Assembly (NCBI GenBank): GCA_963767925.1
Contig: CAVYGB010000009.1
Location: 256,214-320,213 of the forward strand
Reading direction: 5' to 3'
DNA length: 64,000 bases
Origin: an uncultured delta proteobacterium
GTDB lineage: Bacteria; Myxococcota_A; Polyangia; Fen-1088
The notes under the pieces are model-generated. The model was not told the DNA's origin, searched no databases, and was given only the letters and a program-made list of their open reading frames with translations. The position numbers and the translations under genes were made by a program. Below are positions 1-14,994 of the stretch, in pieces (position 1 is the first letter of the stretch; each line of letters begins with the position of its first letter).

Positions 1-230
1 ACCGAGACGTCGGCCCTGCCCATCAGCTCGATGGCCGTCGCGGGATCGAGCACCAGGTCCGCCGTCAGCTCGTCCACGACGTACAGATGGGTGGACGCTC
101 CGTCGGGCGTGAACGAGGACGTGTGAATGAGGACGCCCGAGCCGCCCCTCCTTCCAGGATCGACGTCGTCGCCACTGCAGGCGGTCGCGGCGGTGGTGCA
201 AGCCAGGAGGGCGAGGACAGCGCGGTTCAT
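1..230 (-). CDS. 5' part of an MxcI-like lipoprotein (runs off the window start)
   Basis: Not in the ORF track. Hand translation from ATG 230: MNRAVLALLACTTAATAC-SGDD...IHTSSFTPDGASTHLYVVDELTADLVLDPATAIELMGRA. Lipobox-like Cys; F-T-P-D-G...Y...AIE pattern resembles myxobacterial MxcI-like proteins. Confidence 0.6.
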   Translation of the reverse strand, partial: MNRAVLALLACTTAATACSGDDVDPGRRGGSGVLIHTSSFTPDGASTHLYVVDELTADLVLDPATAIELMGRADVS

Positions 231-383
231 CGAGAGCCTTTCGGTGGCGCCAGGACCAGGCCCTGCGACCCACGTCGTGGTGGAGGTGCCGAGCCCGCTT
301 CCTGCTCCGCGGCGGAGGCCCCGGGAACCGCACCGGCCGGAGGCCGGGAAGCGCCGGGGCTCAGGCCCCGCGCGCGTGATGGA

Positions 384-402
384 AATGAAAGTCAAAACCA
401 AC
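384..402. promoter_or_regulatory. Possible Fur-box-like site
   Basis: AT-rich AATGAAAGTCAAAACCAAC in GC-rich DNA, partial match to GATAATGATAATCATTATC, upstream of the MxcI-like gene. Confidence 0.3.
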
Positions 403-534
403 TTCGGAATCCGCGCTTTTACCCCGTGGCTCTTCGCGCTGTCAATTCGCCCGCCACCCGCTTTCGCAGGCCAGCGCGACCCCGATCCCCAGGAAGCTGG
501 ACAGGACCCGGGCGCTGCCCGCAAGCTCCCACTC

Positions 535-963
535 ATGAAGAATTCATCCCGCAAGGGTCCGTTCATCGCCTACCTCGTCCTGGCCCCGCTGGTGGCGCTG
601 ATGATGTTCTTCTCCGCCAGCACCAAGCTCACCCTCAACCCCGGCGCCGTGAGCATCATCCAGGACGTCGTCGGCGTCCCCGTGCGCTTCTTCCCGCTGC
701 TCGCCGCCGCCGAGATCGCCGGTGGCCTCGGCCTGCTGGCGGGGCTCTTCTGGCCCCGCATCGGCGTGCTGGCCGGCGCCGGGCTGGTCCTCTACTTCGT
801 CGGCGCCCTCCTCGGCCACGCCCGCGTCTCGGACTGGGCCGGCCTCAAGGCCCCCATCCTGCCGCTCGTCCTCTCCGTCACGGTCCTCCTGCTCCGCCGC
901 GCCACCACCCGCCGCCTCGGCGCCGCCAGCGACCGCCACGCCGGCACCGCCGTCCCCGGCTAG
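535..963 (+). CDS. DoxX-family membrane protein
   Basis: Four hydrophobic segments; S-x-x-x-K-L, EIAGGLGLLAG and YFVGA-x-x-x-H-x-R motifs; ATG 535 within ORF 127..963. Confidence 0.8.
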   Translation: MKNSSRKGPFIAYLVLAPLVALMMFFSASTKLTLNPGAVSIIQDVVGVPVRFFPLLAAAEIAGGLGLLAGLFWPRIGVLAGAGLVLYFVGALLGHARVSDWAGLKAPILPLVLSVTVLLLRRATTRRLGAASDRHAGTAVPG

Positions 964-1093
964 TTGGGCCCGAGCGAAGCGAGGGAACCCGACTACTTCG
1001 AAAACAGTCCCTAGAGCACGGCTCGGGCAGCCCGGGTCGGCGTCGGGGAACGGCGTCCCCGCCGCGGCGCCGATCCGGCCCGCCGGGGAGGCT

Positions 1094-2374
1094 TCAGACT
1101 TCGACCGCGCCCTTGAGGACGGCTTTGATGTCCGGGATGCCGACGCCGGGGCCGGGGGGCAGGCGCATCTTGCCGTCCTTGACCTGGATGGGGGAGGCGA
1201 ACCAGGCGTTGTATTTCTCGGTGCCCACCTTGTACTCCTGGTAGCGGCCGACGTCGGGGACCACCTGGGCGAAGTGCAACATGTAGATGAAGCCGAAGCC
1301 GCTCGACAGGTGGGTTGTCGTCGACATCCCGGCGAGCTGGGCCATGCGCGCGACCCGCATCGAGCGGACCATGCCGCCGTAGTAGTAGAGGTCGGGCTGC
1401 ACGATGTCGACCCCCCGGTTGAGGATCATCCAGCGAAAGCGCCAGTGGCTGTACTCCTGCTCGCCGCCGGCCACCGGGAGCTTGAGGCGATCGGCGACGA
1501 CCTTTGTCTCCTCGAGGTGGTCGAACTCGCAGGGCTCCTCGAAGTACACCGCGCCGACGTCCTCGAGCAGGCGGCCGATCCGGACGCCCTGCTCGGCGTC
1601 GTACGAGCTGTTGGCGTCGGCGTGCAGGTCGATGCCGTCGCCCAGCGTCTTGCGGGCCAGGGCGATCAGCTTCTCGCTGCGCCCGGGCGAGGCGTCGACG
1701 TTGCGGTTCATGCGCCCGCCCACCCGGAACTTCACCGCCCGGGCCCCCGAGCGCTGCAGGAGACCCTGCAGGCCCTCCACCTCTTGCTCCGGCGTGGTGT
1801 CGCGCTTTCCGCTGGCGACGTAAAAGGGGACGTCCTCGCGCACGCGATCACCGAGCAGCGCCCACAGCGGCTTTCCGGCGACCCGGCCCAGCAGGTCGAG
1901 CAGGGCGAACTCGATCCAGGCCTGCGGGCACCACAGGGCCAGGCCGTAGAGCTTGTAGTTGCTCTTCCAGCGGTAGAGCTCCCACAGCAGGTTCTCCAGA
2001 TCGCGCGCGTCTTTGCCCAGGAAGACCGGCGCCACCAGCTCCTTGAACACGCGATCGAAGTGGTCGGCCCGCGGTGGGTTGATGACCGAGATCCCCTCGG
2101 CGCCGTCCTTGGACCGGACGTGCACGAAGAACTCGCCCTCCTTCTTCAGCAGCCGGATGGAGTCGACGATCACGGGCGACTTCAGCCCGTCGAGCCGGAG
2201 GACCGGCCGGGCGGCCTCGCGATCCAGCGCGGCGGCGGAGGGCTTGCCCGGGCGTGCGGTCCGGCCCGGGGTCTGGGCGGCGGCGGCGGCGGCGCGGTCG
2301 AGGGCCAGGGCCCCCAGCCCGCCGGTGGTGCCAGCCAGGAAACCACGGCGGTGAAAACGGCGGGAAATCGGCAT
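1094..2374 (-). CDS. Mandelate racemase/muconate lactonizing enzyme family protein with Tat signal
   Basis: RRGFL twin-arginine leader; KFRVG, DANSSY, FEEP, GGEQ, QPD and PGPGVG enolase-superfamily motifs. Confidence 0.9.
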   Translation of the reverse strand: MPISRRFHRRGFLAGTTGGLGALALDRAAAAAAQTPGRTARPGKPSAAALDREAARPVLRLDGLKSPVIVDSIRLLKKEGEFFVHVRSKDGAEGISVINPPRADHFDRVFKELVAPVFLGKDARDLENLLWELYRWKSNYKLYGLALWCPQAWIEFALLDLLGRVAGKPLWALLGDRVREDVPFYVASGKRDTTPEQEVEGLQGLLQRSGARAVKFRVGGRMNRNVDASPGRSEKLIALARKTLGDGIDLHADANSSYDAEQGVRIGRLLEDVGAVYFEEPCEFDHLEETKVVADRLKLPVAGGEQEYSHWRFRWMILNRGVDIVQPDLYYYGGMVRSMRVARMAQLAGMSTTTHLSSGFGFIYMLHFAQVVPDVGRYQEYKVGTEKYNAWFASPIQVKDGKMRLPPGPGVGIPDIKAVLKGAVEV

Positions 2375-2517
2375 GGGCCCCCTTCCGGTTGTAAAGGGGA
2401 CGTTTCTACCAGCTTTTCGCCGCCGGGGGCGATCGCCTGCGTGTCGATGGGCGGGGCCAGGATGCGCCGCGGGAGCGCGGGCCCGAAGCGCGTTCTTCCC
2501 GCCTCGCGCCAGCGCGT

Positions 2518-3750
2518 TCAGCGGTCGGCGGTGCGGACGGCGGCCGAGCCGCCGGCGAGGGGGATGTGGATGCCGGGGTCGAGCAGCTCGGTGCCGGTCC
2601 ACTCGAGCACCTCGATGCGCTTCTCGGCCATCACGCCGGCCAGGATGTGGCGCCCGTCGGGGGCGAAGGCGGCGCCCTGGGCCCAGCCGCCGATGTTCGC
2701 CTCGGCGGCCTTCCGCAGCGTCTTGCCCTCGACCCGCAAGATGACGAGCTTGCTGTTCGGCGACTTGTAGGCGAAGTCGGCCGGCTTGTTGCTGCCGTTC
2801 TGGACCACCGCCGCCACCACGCTGCTGTCGGGCGAGACCTTCACCCCCTCGGTCGAGATTCCGACCGTGACCGTGTTGACCACCCGGGGGGGCGACGTCT
2901 CGAGGTCGATCAGGCTGACGGTGTCGAGGTCGCCGAGGCCGAAGCCCAGGTTGCCGACCACCGCGAACCGGCCGTTGGGGGCGATGTCGATCGAGTAGGG
3001 TTTGAGGCCGGCATAGAAGTCTCGGGTGGCGGTCACGGTGGTCCCGTCGATGGCCAGCAGCGTGAGGCGGTGGTCGGCGTCGTTGGTGACGATGGCCAGC
3101 TTGCCGTCGGGGCTGATGGCGACGTGGGCGGCCTGGGGCTTCTGGTCGGGCTTGGCCGGATCGGAGACCACCACCTTGCCGACCGGGGTGACGGTCTGGC
3201 CGTCGATGGTGAGGATCGAGACGGTGCCCTCGGCCCGGTTGGCGACCAGGGCCAGCTTGCCGTCGCGGCTGATGGAGACGCCGGAGGGCTGCTTGCCCCC
3301 CTGCACGGTGGCCAGCACCCGGGGCGGCATGGCCCGCAGGTCGATGACCGTGATGCGGTCGTCGGGGATCAGCCGGGAGGCGTCGAGCGGATCGACCTTC
3401 ATCGGTGAGGTGACGAGGGCCAGGCTCTCGTCGGGGGCGATGGCCACGCTGGTGGGTGGGCCCTGCACGCTCCCCGGCACCTCCAGCTCGGCCGCCAGCC
3501 GGGGGGGCGAGACGCTGAGGTCGATCAGGCTGATGGTGTCCGGCCGGGGGGTCGCGGCGACCCGGACCACGCCCGCTTCGAGGTAGTTCTTGTTGTCGTT
3601 GGTGCTGATCGCCCAGCGGACCGCACCACCGGCCGGAGCGCCCGCGCCGTCGGCGTCGGCCCGGCGGCAGCCGAGCCAGGCGCCGGCGGCCACCAGCGCA
3701 CCGAGGCCGAGCACGACGAGGCCGTTTTTCGAGAGCGTTGCGGTCATCAT
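2518..3750 (-). CDS. Exported YncE/YVTN-like beta-propeller protein
   Basis: Hydrophobic leader ending WLGC; repeated (V/I)AI(S/A)PDG-x-x-A-(L/I)-V blade motifs. Confidence 0.8.
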   Translation of the reverse strand: MMTATLSKNGLVVLGLGALVAAGAWLGCRRADADGAGAPAGGAVRWAISTNDNKNYLEAGVVRVAATPRPDTISLIDLSVSPPRLAAELEVPGSVQGPPTSVAIAPDESLALVTSPMKVDPLDASRLIPDDRITVIDLRAMPPRVLATVQGGKQPSGVSISRDGKLALVANRAEGTVSILTIDGQTVTPVGKVVVSDPAKPDQKPQAAHVAISPDGKLAIVTNDADHRLTLLAIDGTTVTATRDFYAGLKPYSIDIAPNGRFAVVGNLGFGLGDLDTVSLIDLETSPPRVVNTVTVGISTEGVKVSPDSSVVAAVVQNGSNKPADFAYKSPNSKLVILRVEGKTLRKAAEANIGGWAQGAAFAPDGRHILAGVMAEKRIEVLEWTGTELLDPGIHIPLAGGSAAVRTADR

Positions 3751-3891
3751 GGGGAGCTCCTTCCTTCCGGGTCTTCCGCGCGAGGTCGGCATATTACTCT
3801 CCCGACCGAAAACGCGAAATGCCGTCGCGCGGCCGCCGGGTCAGGCCCTGCGGGGTGGTCCCCGGGCGGAACATCTGCGACGATCGAGGCA

Positions 3892-4689
3892 ATGTCCGAC
3901 GCGAAGCCGCCCTCCGACGATCCGCCGCTCACGGTGCCCGGGACCGGGCTGACCTACGGGAGCTACCTGCGGCTCGACGAGCTGCTGGCCTTGCAACAGC
4001 TCCGCAGCAGCCCCCAGGAGCACGACGAGATGCTGTTCATCGTGATCCATCAGGTCTACGAGCTGTGGTTCAAGCAGGTGCTGCACGAGCTGGATCGGCT
4101 GGAGGCCAGCTTCGCCGCTGGACAGACCGGCGCCGCGCTGGGGACCTTCAAGCGCATCCTCACCATCCTCAAGACCCTCGTCGCGCAGGTCGACGTGCTC
4201 GAGACCATGACCCCCATCGAGTTCGGGTCGTTCCGCACCCGCCTCGAGTCGGCCAGCGGCTTCCAGTCGCAGCAGTTTCGCTTGATCGAGGTGCGGCTGG
4301 GCAAGCGCGACCCCCGCCTGCTGGCTTACCTCGACCACCCCGGCGGCGACCAGCAGGCCAAGCAGCGGCTGGGCGCGGCCCTGGCCCAGCCCAGCCTGTA
4401 CGCCCGCTTCCTGCAGTTCCTGGTCAGCCGGGGCGCGGCGCTGGGAGATGATCCCCGGCCCGGCCTGATCGACATCTACCGCCGGCAGCCCGACCTGGCG
4501 GTCGTCTGCGAGCGCATGGTCGACCTCGACGAGGGGCTGCTCGAGTGGCGCTACCGCCACGTCAAGATGGTCGAGCGCACCATCGGCCTCAAGCCGGGCA
4601 CGGGCGGCTCGGCCGGCGCCGGCTACCTGCGCACCACCCTGGCCGAGCCGCTGTTCCCCGACCTGTGGTCCATCCGCAGCGAGCTGTGA
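3892..4689 (+). CDS. kynA: Tryptophan 2,3-dioxygenase
   Basis: YGSYLRLDELL, HDEMLFIVIHQVYELWFK, SGFQS, WRYRHVKMVERTIG, GTGGS. Confidence 0.95.
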   Translation: MSDAKPPSDDPPLTVPGTGLTYGSYLRLDELLALQQLRSSPQEHDEMLFIVIHQVYELWFKQVLHELDRLEASFAAGQTGAALGTFKRILTILKTLVAQVDVLETMTPIEFGSFRTRLESASGFQSQQFRLIEVRLGKRDPRLLAYLDHPGGDQQAKQRLGAALAQPSLYARFLQFLVSRGAALGDDPRPGLIDIYRRQPDLAVVCERMVDLDEGLLEWRYRHVKMVERTIGLKPGTGGSAGAGYLRTTLAEPLFPDLWSIRSEL

Positions 4690-4697
4690 CGGCGGCG

Positions 4698-5900
4698 ATG
4701 TACACGCTCGCCCAGCTCCGCGCAAACCCCAGCCCGCTGGCCGCGGCCTACCGGCGCTTCCGGGTGGCCGAGCGGCTGCTGCTGACCGGACACTCGCACC
4801 AGGCCTGGCCGGACGTGGCCCGCGAGGGGCTGCTGCAAGCCTTCGACGACGCCGCCGGTGAGGTGGATGAAAAATGGGCGCGCGCGTTCGAGCGGGCCGA
4901 CCTGGTGCGCGCCGGCTTCCGGCGCTTGCTCGACGATCCCGGCGGGCACATCGCCCTGGCGGCGAGCAGCCACGACGCCCTGGTGCGGTTCCTGTCGGCC
5001 TTGCCCCTGCGGCAGCGGCCCGCGCTGCTGACCACCGACGGCGAGTTCCACTCCCTGCGCCGCCAGCTCGCCCGCCTGGCCGAAGAGGGCGTGGAGGTCA
5101 CCCGGGTCCCGGCGCTGCCCGCGGCGACCCTGGTCGAGCGGATGATCCACAACCTGCAAACCCGGGCCGACCGCACCGCCGCCGTGATGCTCTCGACGGT
5201 GCTGTTCTCGCGGGGACACCTCGTCCCCGGGCTGACCGCGCTGCAGGAGGCCTGCGACGCCGCCGGGGTGGCCCTGCTGCTCGACGCCTACCACCACCTC
5301 GGCGTGGTCCCGTTCTCCGTCGCGCGCGAGCGCCTGCACAACGCCTTCATCACCGGCGGGGGCTACAAATATTGCCAGCTCGGGGAGGGCAACTGCTTCC
5401 TGCGCTTCCCCGCGGGCTCGAGCCTGCGCCCGGTGGTCACGGGCTGGTTCGCCGAGTTCCAGCTCCTGCCGAGCGCGCAAGCCGGCGGAGCGGTGGCCTA
5501 TCCCGAAGGCCCCGATCGCTTCGCCGGCGCCACCTACGACCCGAGCAGCCACTACCGGGCGGCGGCGGTGTTCGACTTCTCCGCCCGGCAGGGCCTCGAG
5601 GTCCCGCTCCTGCGCCAGGTCAGCCAGCACCAGGTCGGCCGTCTGGCCGCCGGCTTCGACGCCCTCACGCTCGACCCGGCGGTGATCCGCCGCGATCCTT
5701 CGGTCGCCCTGTCCGACCTCGGCGGCTTCCTGGCGCTCGAGACGCCGCGGGCCGCCGACCTGCTGGCCGGCCTGCGCGCCCGCGGTGTCCTTGCCGACGC
5801 GCGCGGCGACTTGCTGCGCCTGGGCCCCGCCCCCTACCTCTGCGACGACCAGCTCGACGCCGCCCTGCAGGCCCTCGCCGAGGCCGCCCGGGCACCGTAG
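4698..5900 (+). CDS. kynU: Kynureninase (PLP-dependent, class V fold)
   Basis: GHSHQAWP, EFHS, LDAYH, GGYKY(C)QLGEG, TGWF, RLGPAPY; directly follows kynA. Confidence 0.9.
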   Translation: MYTLAQLRANPSPLAAAYRRFRVAERLLLTGHSHQAWPDVAREGLLQAFDDAAGEVDEKWARAFERADLVRAGFRRLLDDPGGHIALAASSHDALVRFLSALPLRQRPALLTTDGEFHSLRRQLARLAEEGVEVTRVPALPAATLVERMIHNLQTRADRTAAVMLSTVLFSRGHLVPGLTALQEACDAAGVALLLDAYHHLGVVPFSVARERLHNAFITGGGYKYCQLGEGNCFLRFPAGSSLRPVVTGWFAEFQLLPSAQAGGAVAYPEGPDRFAGATYDPSSHYRAAAVFDFSARQGLEVPLLRQVSQHQVGRLAAGFDALTLDPAVIRRDPSVALSDLGGFLALETPRAADLLAGLRARGVLADARGDLLRLGPAPYLCDDQLDAALQALAEAARAP

Positions 5901-5921
5901 AGCACCGAACGCCCAGGTGGA

Positions 5922-6470
5922 TCAGTTTCGGCAGGCCGCCTTGGCGGAGGTGGCGCAGTCGGATTCTTTCATCGCCGCGCTCTGGGGGACGGTGGCCGCC
6001 CGGCACAGGTGGCCGGCCTTGCACGCGTCGCCGTCGCTGGCGCCGCCCTTGAAGCCGGTCATGCACTCCATGAGGCTGGCCCAGTGGTCGTTGCCCCCGA
6101 AGCCGCAGACCTTCTCGTAGACCGGACAGAACTCGGCCGGTGTGTAGCCCGACATCACCGGCTCGCCGCAGCCGGGCCAGGGGGAAGGCGGTGGGCGGTC
6201 TCCGGCGGCCGCGTCGATCGGCCGCGCGCCCCCCGCGTCCTGCGCGCTCGACCCGCCGCCTCCGCCGCCGCTGCCGCCCGATCCGCCGCTGCCCGCCGAG
6301 CCAGCGCTGCCGCCCGATCCACCATCGCCGCCGGCCGATCGGGGTGGCCCCGTCGAGCCGTCGCGCTCGAGGGTCACGCCGCCCTCGGGCCGCGGACCTT
6401 TGTCCACCAGCTCGATGCAGCCAATAAGAGATATAGCCATCGACAGGGCCGTCAGCGCGCGTGTGACCAT
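5922..6470 (-). CDS. Hypothetical lipoprotein with Gly/Ser linker and Cys-rich C-terminal domain
   Basis: Leader ending SLIGC; GGSGGS linker; Cys-rich tail. Confidence 0.6.
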   Translation of the reverse strand: MVTRALTALSMAISLIGCIELVDKGPRPEGGVTLERDGSTGPPRSAGGDGGSGGSAGSAGSGGSGGSGGGGGGSSAQDAGGARPIDAAAGDRPPPSPWPGCGEPVMSGYTPAEFCPVYEKVCGFGGNDHWASLMECMTGFKGGASDGDACKAGHLCRAATVPQSAAMKESDCATSAKAACRN

Positions 6471-6617
6471 CGCGTGCTGAAGTGATCCGAGTCGCTCGCC
6501 AGCGCTCCTCTCATCAGCGCCGCGACGTTCTTCGCGGACCTGCACGATGCGTCCACCCGTCGCCGCCGCTGGTCGGCGCGTCTTCCGGTCCGACAAATCC
6601 AGGGTGCCGGACCGCGT

Positions 6618-11145
<4,528 letters not shown>

Positions 11146-11206
11146 TCACGTGGATCCGCGGACCAGGAGGCTGGCCCGGCGGTAGGCGCAGGGGAAGGGG
11201 AGGGCC

Positions 11207-14200
11207 ATGGGTGGAGGTGGTGCGCGAGGTCGGTGGCTCTCGGGCTGCGTGCTGGCCCTGCTGGCGGCGTACAGCGCGCCCGCCCAGGCGGTGCCGATGG
11301 AGCTGGTCCATCGCGGCTACCTGCAGGACGCGGACGACGCCCCGGTCAGCGGGACGTTGACCTTCAGCTACCGGTTGTACGTCAACGCCTCCGACGTGAC
11401 GCCGCTGTGGGAGGACACCTTCGCGGTTGTCGTCACCGCCGGCGACTACGAGGTCTCCCTGGGCAGCCAGGTGCCGCTGACGGCGGCGCTGTTCTCGCAG
11501 CCGCTGTTCCTCGAGGTGACGATCGAGGACGACACCCTGACCCCGCGGACCCAGCTCACCTCGGTCCCCTACGCCATCGCCGCTGGCACCGTGGAAAATG
11601 CCACCGGCGACATCACGCCGAGGAGCGTCTCGGTTGGCGGGCAGACCGTCGTCGATCAGCTGGGCATCTGGCGAGGCAGCGCCGACGGTCTGCGGGGACC
11701 GGCCGGTCCCACCGGCGCCACCGGACCGCTGGGTCCGGCGGGCGCGCCGGGCACCCTCGGTGATTCGGGCCCCGCGGGGCCGACCGGGGCGACGGGCGCC
11801 ACCGGGGTGATCGGCGCCGCGGGCGCGACCGGCGCCGCCGGAGAGGCGGGGGCGACCGGCCCCGCCGGGTTGACCTGGCAGGGGCCCTTCTCGGCGGTCG
11901 TGCTCTACGGCGCTGACGACGTTGTGTCGAGCGGGGGCTCGTCGTACCGCTGCCTGAGCGCGAGCGCCTGCGCGGGGCAGGCCCCGCCCGAAGGTGGCAA
12001 CGCGGACTGGCAGGTGCTGGCTGCCGCGGGGGCGCCGGGTCCGACCGGGACGCCCGGCGCGCAGGGCCCGGTCGGTCCGGCCGGGGTGAGCGGCGAGCGG
12101 GGTTCGACCGGCCCGGCCGGAGCAGCGGGTGAGCCCGGGGCCGCGGGCCTGACCGGTCCGATCGGACCGCAGGGCCCGACCGGTCTGGCGGGCGTCGACG
12201 GAGAGTCGGGCGCCATCGGCGCGCGCGGCGCCACCGGGCCCCAGGGCCCGCCGGGGGCCACCTGGCGCGGACCCTTCAGCGCGGTGACGGGTTACGAGAA
12301 GGACGACCTCGTCCGCGCCGGCGGCGCGAGCTACCTCGCCCGGCGCGCGGTCGAGCCCAGCCCGACGCCACCGACCGAGGGCGAGGACTGGGCGCTGCTC
12401 GTCGCGGCGGGCGCGGAGGGGGCGACGGGGGCGACAGGTCCCGCCGGCGCCGTCGGCGAGTCCGGTCCGCCGGGAGCCGCCGGACTGACCGGTCCGGCTG
12501 GTGCGCTGGGGGCCACCGGCGCGACGGGCGCGACCGGCGCCACCGGTCCGGCGGGCGCCGCGGGCGCGATCGGACCCATCGGAGCGCAGGGCGCCGCCGG
12601 TGCGCAAGGCGCGATCGGTCCGACGGGCGCGACAGGTTCGATCGGCGCGAGCGGCGCGCTGGGGGCCACCGGTCCGGTCGGCGCCACCTGGCGGGGATCG
12701 TTCAGCGCGGTCGTGAGCTACGAGGCGAACGACGTCGTCCTCTCGGACGGATCGAGCTACCTCGCCCGGCGCTCGGTCGAGGCGAGCGCGACGCCGCCCG
12801 CGGTCGGCGCCGACTGGAACCTGCTCGCCCAGGCCGGCGCGGCCGGCGGCACCGGTCCGACCGGCGCGACAGGCGCACGAGGTGAGACCGGTCCCGAGGG
12901 CGCCACCGGCGCGACCGGCGCGGTCGGAGTCGAGGGTGCGGCTGGCGCCACCGGTCCGACGGGCGCGACCGGCGCGGTCGGGGCCGAAGGCGCGGTGGGG
13001 GCCAAAGGTCCCCTGGGCGCAACCGGGGCGGTCGGGCCCGCGGGTGAGCTGGGTGCCACCGGTCCGGCAGGTGCGACCGGAGCGGCTGGCCCCGCCGGTG
13101 AGCTGGGTGCTACCGGACCGGCGGGTGCAACCGGGGCAGCCGGGCCCGCCGGCGCCACCGGGGCGACGGGCGCGACGGGCGCGATCGGCTCCGCGGGCGC
13201 AACCGGCGCCGTCGGTGCGACCTGGCAAGGGCCGTGGCGCGCCGGGATCAGCTACGCCGAACGCGACATCGTCAGCTCCGGAGGTTCGAGCTACCTCGCC
13301 CGGCGCTCGGTCGAGGCGAGCGCGACGCCTCCCGCGGTGGGCGCCGACTGGGCGTTGATCGCCCCGGCCGGGGCGAACGGCGCCGCGGGCGCGGAGGGTC
13401 CGGCCGGCGAGCCGGGTGCTCCGGGTGTTGCCGGCTCAAAGGGTCCGGCCGGCGCACCGGGGGCCATCGGGCCGACTGGCGCCACCGGCCCCGCCGGTGA
13501 GCCGGGTGAAACCGGCCCCGCCGGCCCCGCCGGCGAGGTGGGTCCCGCGGGCATACCGGGCGCGGTCGGACCGCCGGGAGAGACCGGCGCCTCCGGATCC
13601 GCGGGCGCACCGGGGGCACCGGGCGCCGTCGGGCCCACCGGCGCCACCGGCCCCGCCGGCGCGACCGGCGCGCCAGGCGCCACGGGCGCGACCGCGCGCT
13701 GGCGCGGCGCCTGGAGCGAGGCGCTCGGCTACGACCAGCACGACGTCGTCAGCTCCGAGGGCTCGAGCTACATCGCCCGGCGCTCGGTCCCGGCCAGCCC
13801 GACGCCGCCCTTCGTGGGCGACGACTGGGCCCTTGTCGCGCTGGCCGGCTCGCCCGGTGCGCGCGGCGCGCTCGGTACGGCCGGTGCGCGCGGCGAGACG
13901 GGCGCGATCGGCCCCACCGGCGCGCCGGGTGCCCCCGGATCGGCCGGTCCGCCCGGCGCCCCCGGTCCCGCCGGCCCGACCGGCGCCCCTGGACCGGCTG
14001 GCCCCCCGGGCGCCCTCGGCCCCCCGGGCGCACCCGGCGCGCCTGGATTGACCGGCCCGACCGGATCGCCCGGTGCCACCGGGCCGACCGGCGCCACCGG
14101 CGCGCCAGGTCCGGCGGGGGCCGCCGGCGCCACCGGCGCGACCGGCGCGGCCGGGGCCGTGCGGGCGACCTGGCTGGGCGCCTTCAGCGCCGTGATCAAC

Positions 14201-14965
14201 TACCAGCCGGACGACATCGTCCGCTCGGCGGGCGCGAGCTTCCTCGCCCTGCGCGCGGTCGCCGCCAGCGCGACCCCGCCAGCCCCCGGCGCCGACTGGG
14301 ACGTGATCGCCGCCGCCGGGGCCGCGGGCGCGCCCGGCGCCGCCGGCGCCACCGGAGCCACGGGCCCGACCGGAGCCACGGGCCCGACCGGAGCCACGGG
14401 CCCGACCGGAGCCACGGGCGCCGATGGCATCGCGGGCGCGACCGGCGTCGCGGGCCCCATCGGGCCGACCGGCGCGAACGGCGCGATGGGTGCGATCGGG
14501 GCGACCGGCGCGACGGGCCCCACCGGCACGGCAGGCCCGCGGGGGGCCACCGGGGCGACGGGCGCGACGGGCCCCTCGGGACCCCAGATCGGCGCCGTCT
14601 TCGCGATGAGGGGCTCCATCTCGACCAGCCCGAATCCGGTGCTGGTCAATCCGGCGACCGGAACGGTGGGCACGGTCCTCACCGCACTCGACGCGAAGAT
14701 GATGTCGGTCTGCACCGTGCAGGCGTTCTTCGTCAACAGCAAGAACGCCGGCGGGGTCCAGCCCATCGTTGTCACCCTGATGAAAAACGGAGCGGCGACG
14801 GCGGTCACCTGCAGCTTGAACACGTCGACGCTCAGTGAAGGCGTGAACTGTTCGGACACCACCAACACCGCGTCGTTCACGATGGAAGACCGGGTCTCCC
14901 TGCAACACCAGTTCACCGGCACGGCCGTCTCCCACTCCCTCGGGTGGGGAATCGTCTGCAACTAG
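11207..14965 (+). CDS. Secreted collagen-like fibre protein, chain A
   Basis: Signal peptide ending APAQA|VP; conserved N-domain (ELxHxGYL...LWxDTF...LGSQ...[10 protein letters not shown]); 7 Gly-X-Y segments; 6 W-x-G-x-(F/W)...Y-x-x-x-D-x-V...DW modules; ~125-aa head ending CN*. Confidence 0.93.
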   Translation: MGGGGARGRWLSGCVLALLAAYSAPAQAVPMELVHRGYLQDADDAPVSGTLTFSYRLYVNASDVTPLWEDTFAVVVTAGDYEVSLGSQVPLTAALFSQPLFLEVTIEDDTLTPRTQLTSVPYAIAAGTVENATGDITPRSVSVGGQTVVDQLGIWRGSADGLRGPAGPTGATGPLGPAGAPGTLGDSGPAGPTGATGATGVIGAAGATGAAGEAGATGPAGLTWQGPFSAVVLYGADDVVSSGGSSYRCLSASACAGQAPPEGGNADWQVLAAAGAPGPTGTPGAQGPVGPAGVSGERGSTGPAGAAGEPGAAGLTGPIGPQGPTGLAGVDGESGAIGARGATGPQGPPGATWRGPFSAVTGYEKDDLVRAGGASYLARRAVEPSPTPPTEGEDWALLVAAGAEGATGATGPAGAVGESGPPGAAGLTGPAGALGATGATGATGATGPAGAAGAIGPIGAQGAAGAQGAIGPTGATGSIGASGALGATGPVGATWRGSFSAVVSYEANDVVLSDGSSYLARRSVEASATPPAVGADWNLLAQAGAAGGTGPTGATGARGETGPEGATGATGAVGVEGAAGATGPTGATGAVGAEGAVGAKGPLGATGAVGPAGELGATGPAGATGAAGPAGELGATGPAGATGAAGPAGATGATGATGAIGSAGATGAVGATWQGPWRAGISYAERDIVSSGGSSYLARRSVEASATPPAVGADWALIAPAGANGAAGAEGPAGEPGAPGVAGSKGPAGAPGAIGPTGATGPAGEPGETGPAGPAGEVGPAGIPGAVGPPGETGASGSAGAPGAPGAVGPTGATGPAGATGAPGATGATARWRGAWSEALGYDQHDVVSSEGSSYIARRSVPASPTPPFVGDDWALVALAGSPGARGALGTAGARGETGAIGPTGAPGAPGSAGPPGAPGPAGPTGAPGPAGPPGALGPPGAPGAPGLTGPTGSPGATGPTGATGAPGPAGAAGATGATGAAGAVRATWLGAFSAVINYQPDDIVRSAGASFLALRAVAASATPPAPGADWDVIAAAGAAGAPGAAGATGATGPTGATGPTGATGPTGATGADGIAGATGVAGPIGPTGANGAMGAIGATGATGPTGTAGPRGATGATGATGPSGPQIGAVFAMRGSISTSPNPVLVNPATGTVGTVLTALDAKMMSVCTVQAFFVNSKNAGGVQPIVVTLMKNGAATAVTCSLNTSTLSEGVNCSDTTNTASFTMEDRVSLQHQFTGTAVSHSLGWGIVCN
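13034..13141. repeat. Imperfect 54-bp tandem duplication inside the chain A collagen segment
   Basis: [18 protein letters not shown] encoded twice (13034-13087, 13088-13141). Confidence 0.8.
14351..14419. repeat. Perfect 18-bp tandem repeat, about 3.8 copies, inside chain A
   Basis: ACCGGAGCCACGGGCCCG at 14351, 14369 and 14387, partial copy at 14405. Confidence 0.9.
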
Positions 14966-14994
14966 GGCCAGCGGCGATGTCGAGGAGGAATCTG

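Noticed and set aside
127..534. N-terminal extension of the DoxX ORF and ORF 87..1244
   Set aside because: Overlaps the minus-strand lipoprotein gene and its AT-rich upstream region; DoxX similarity starts at ATG 535
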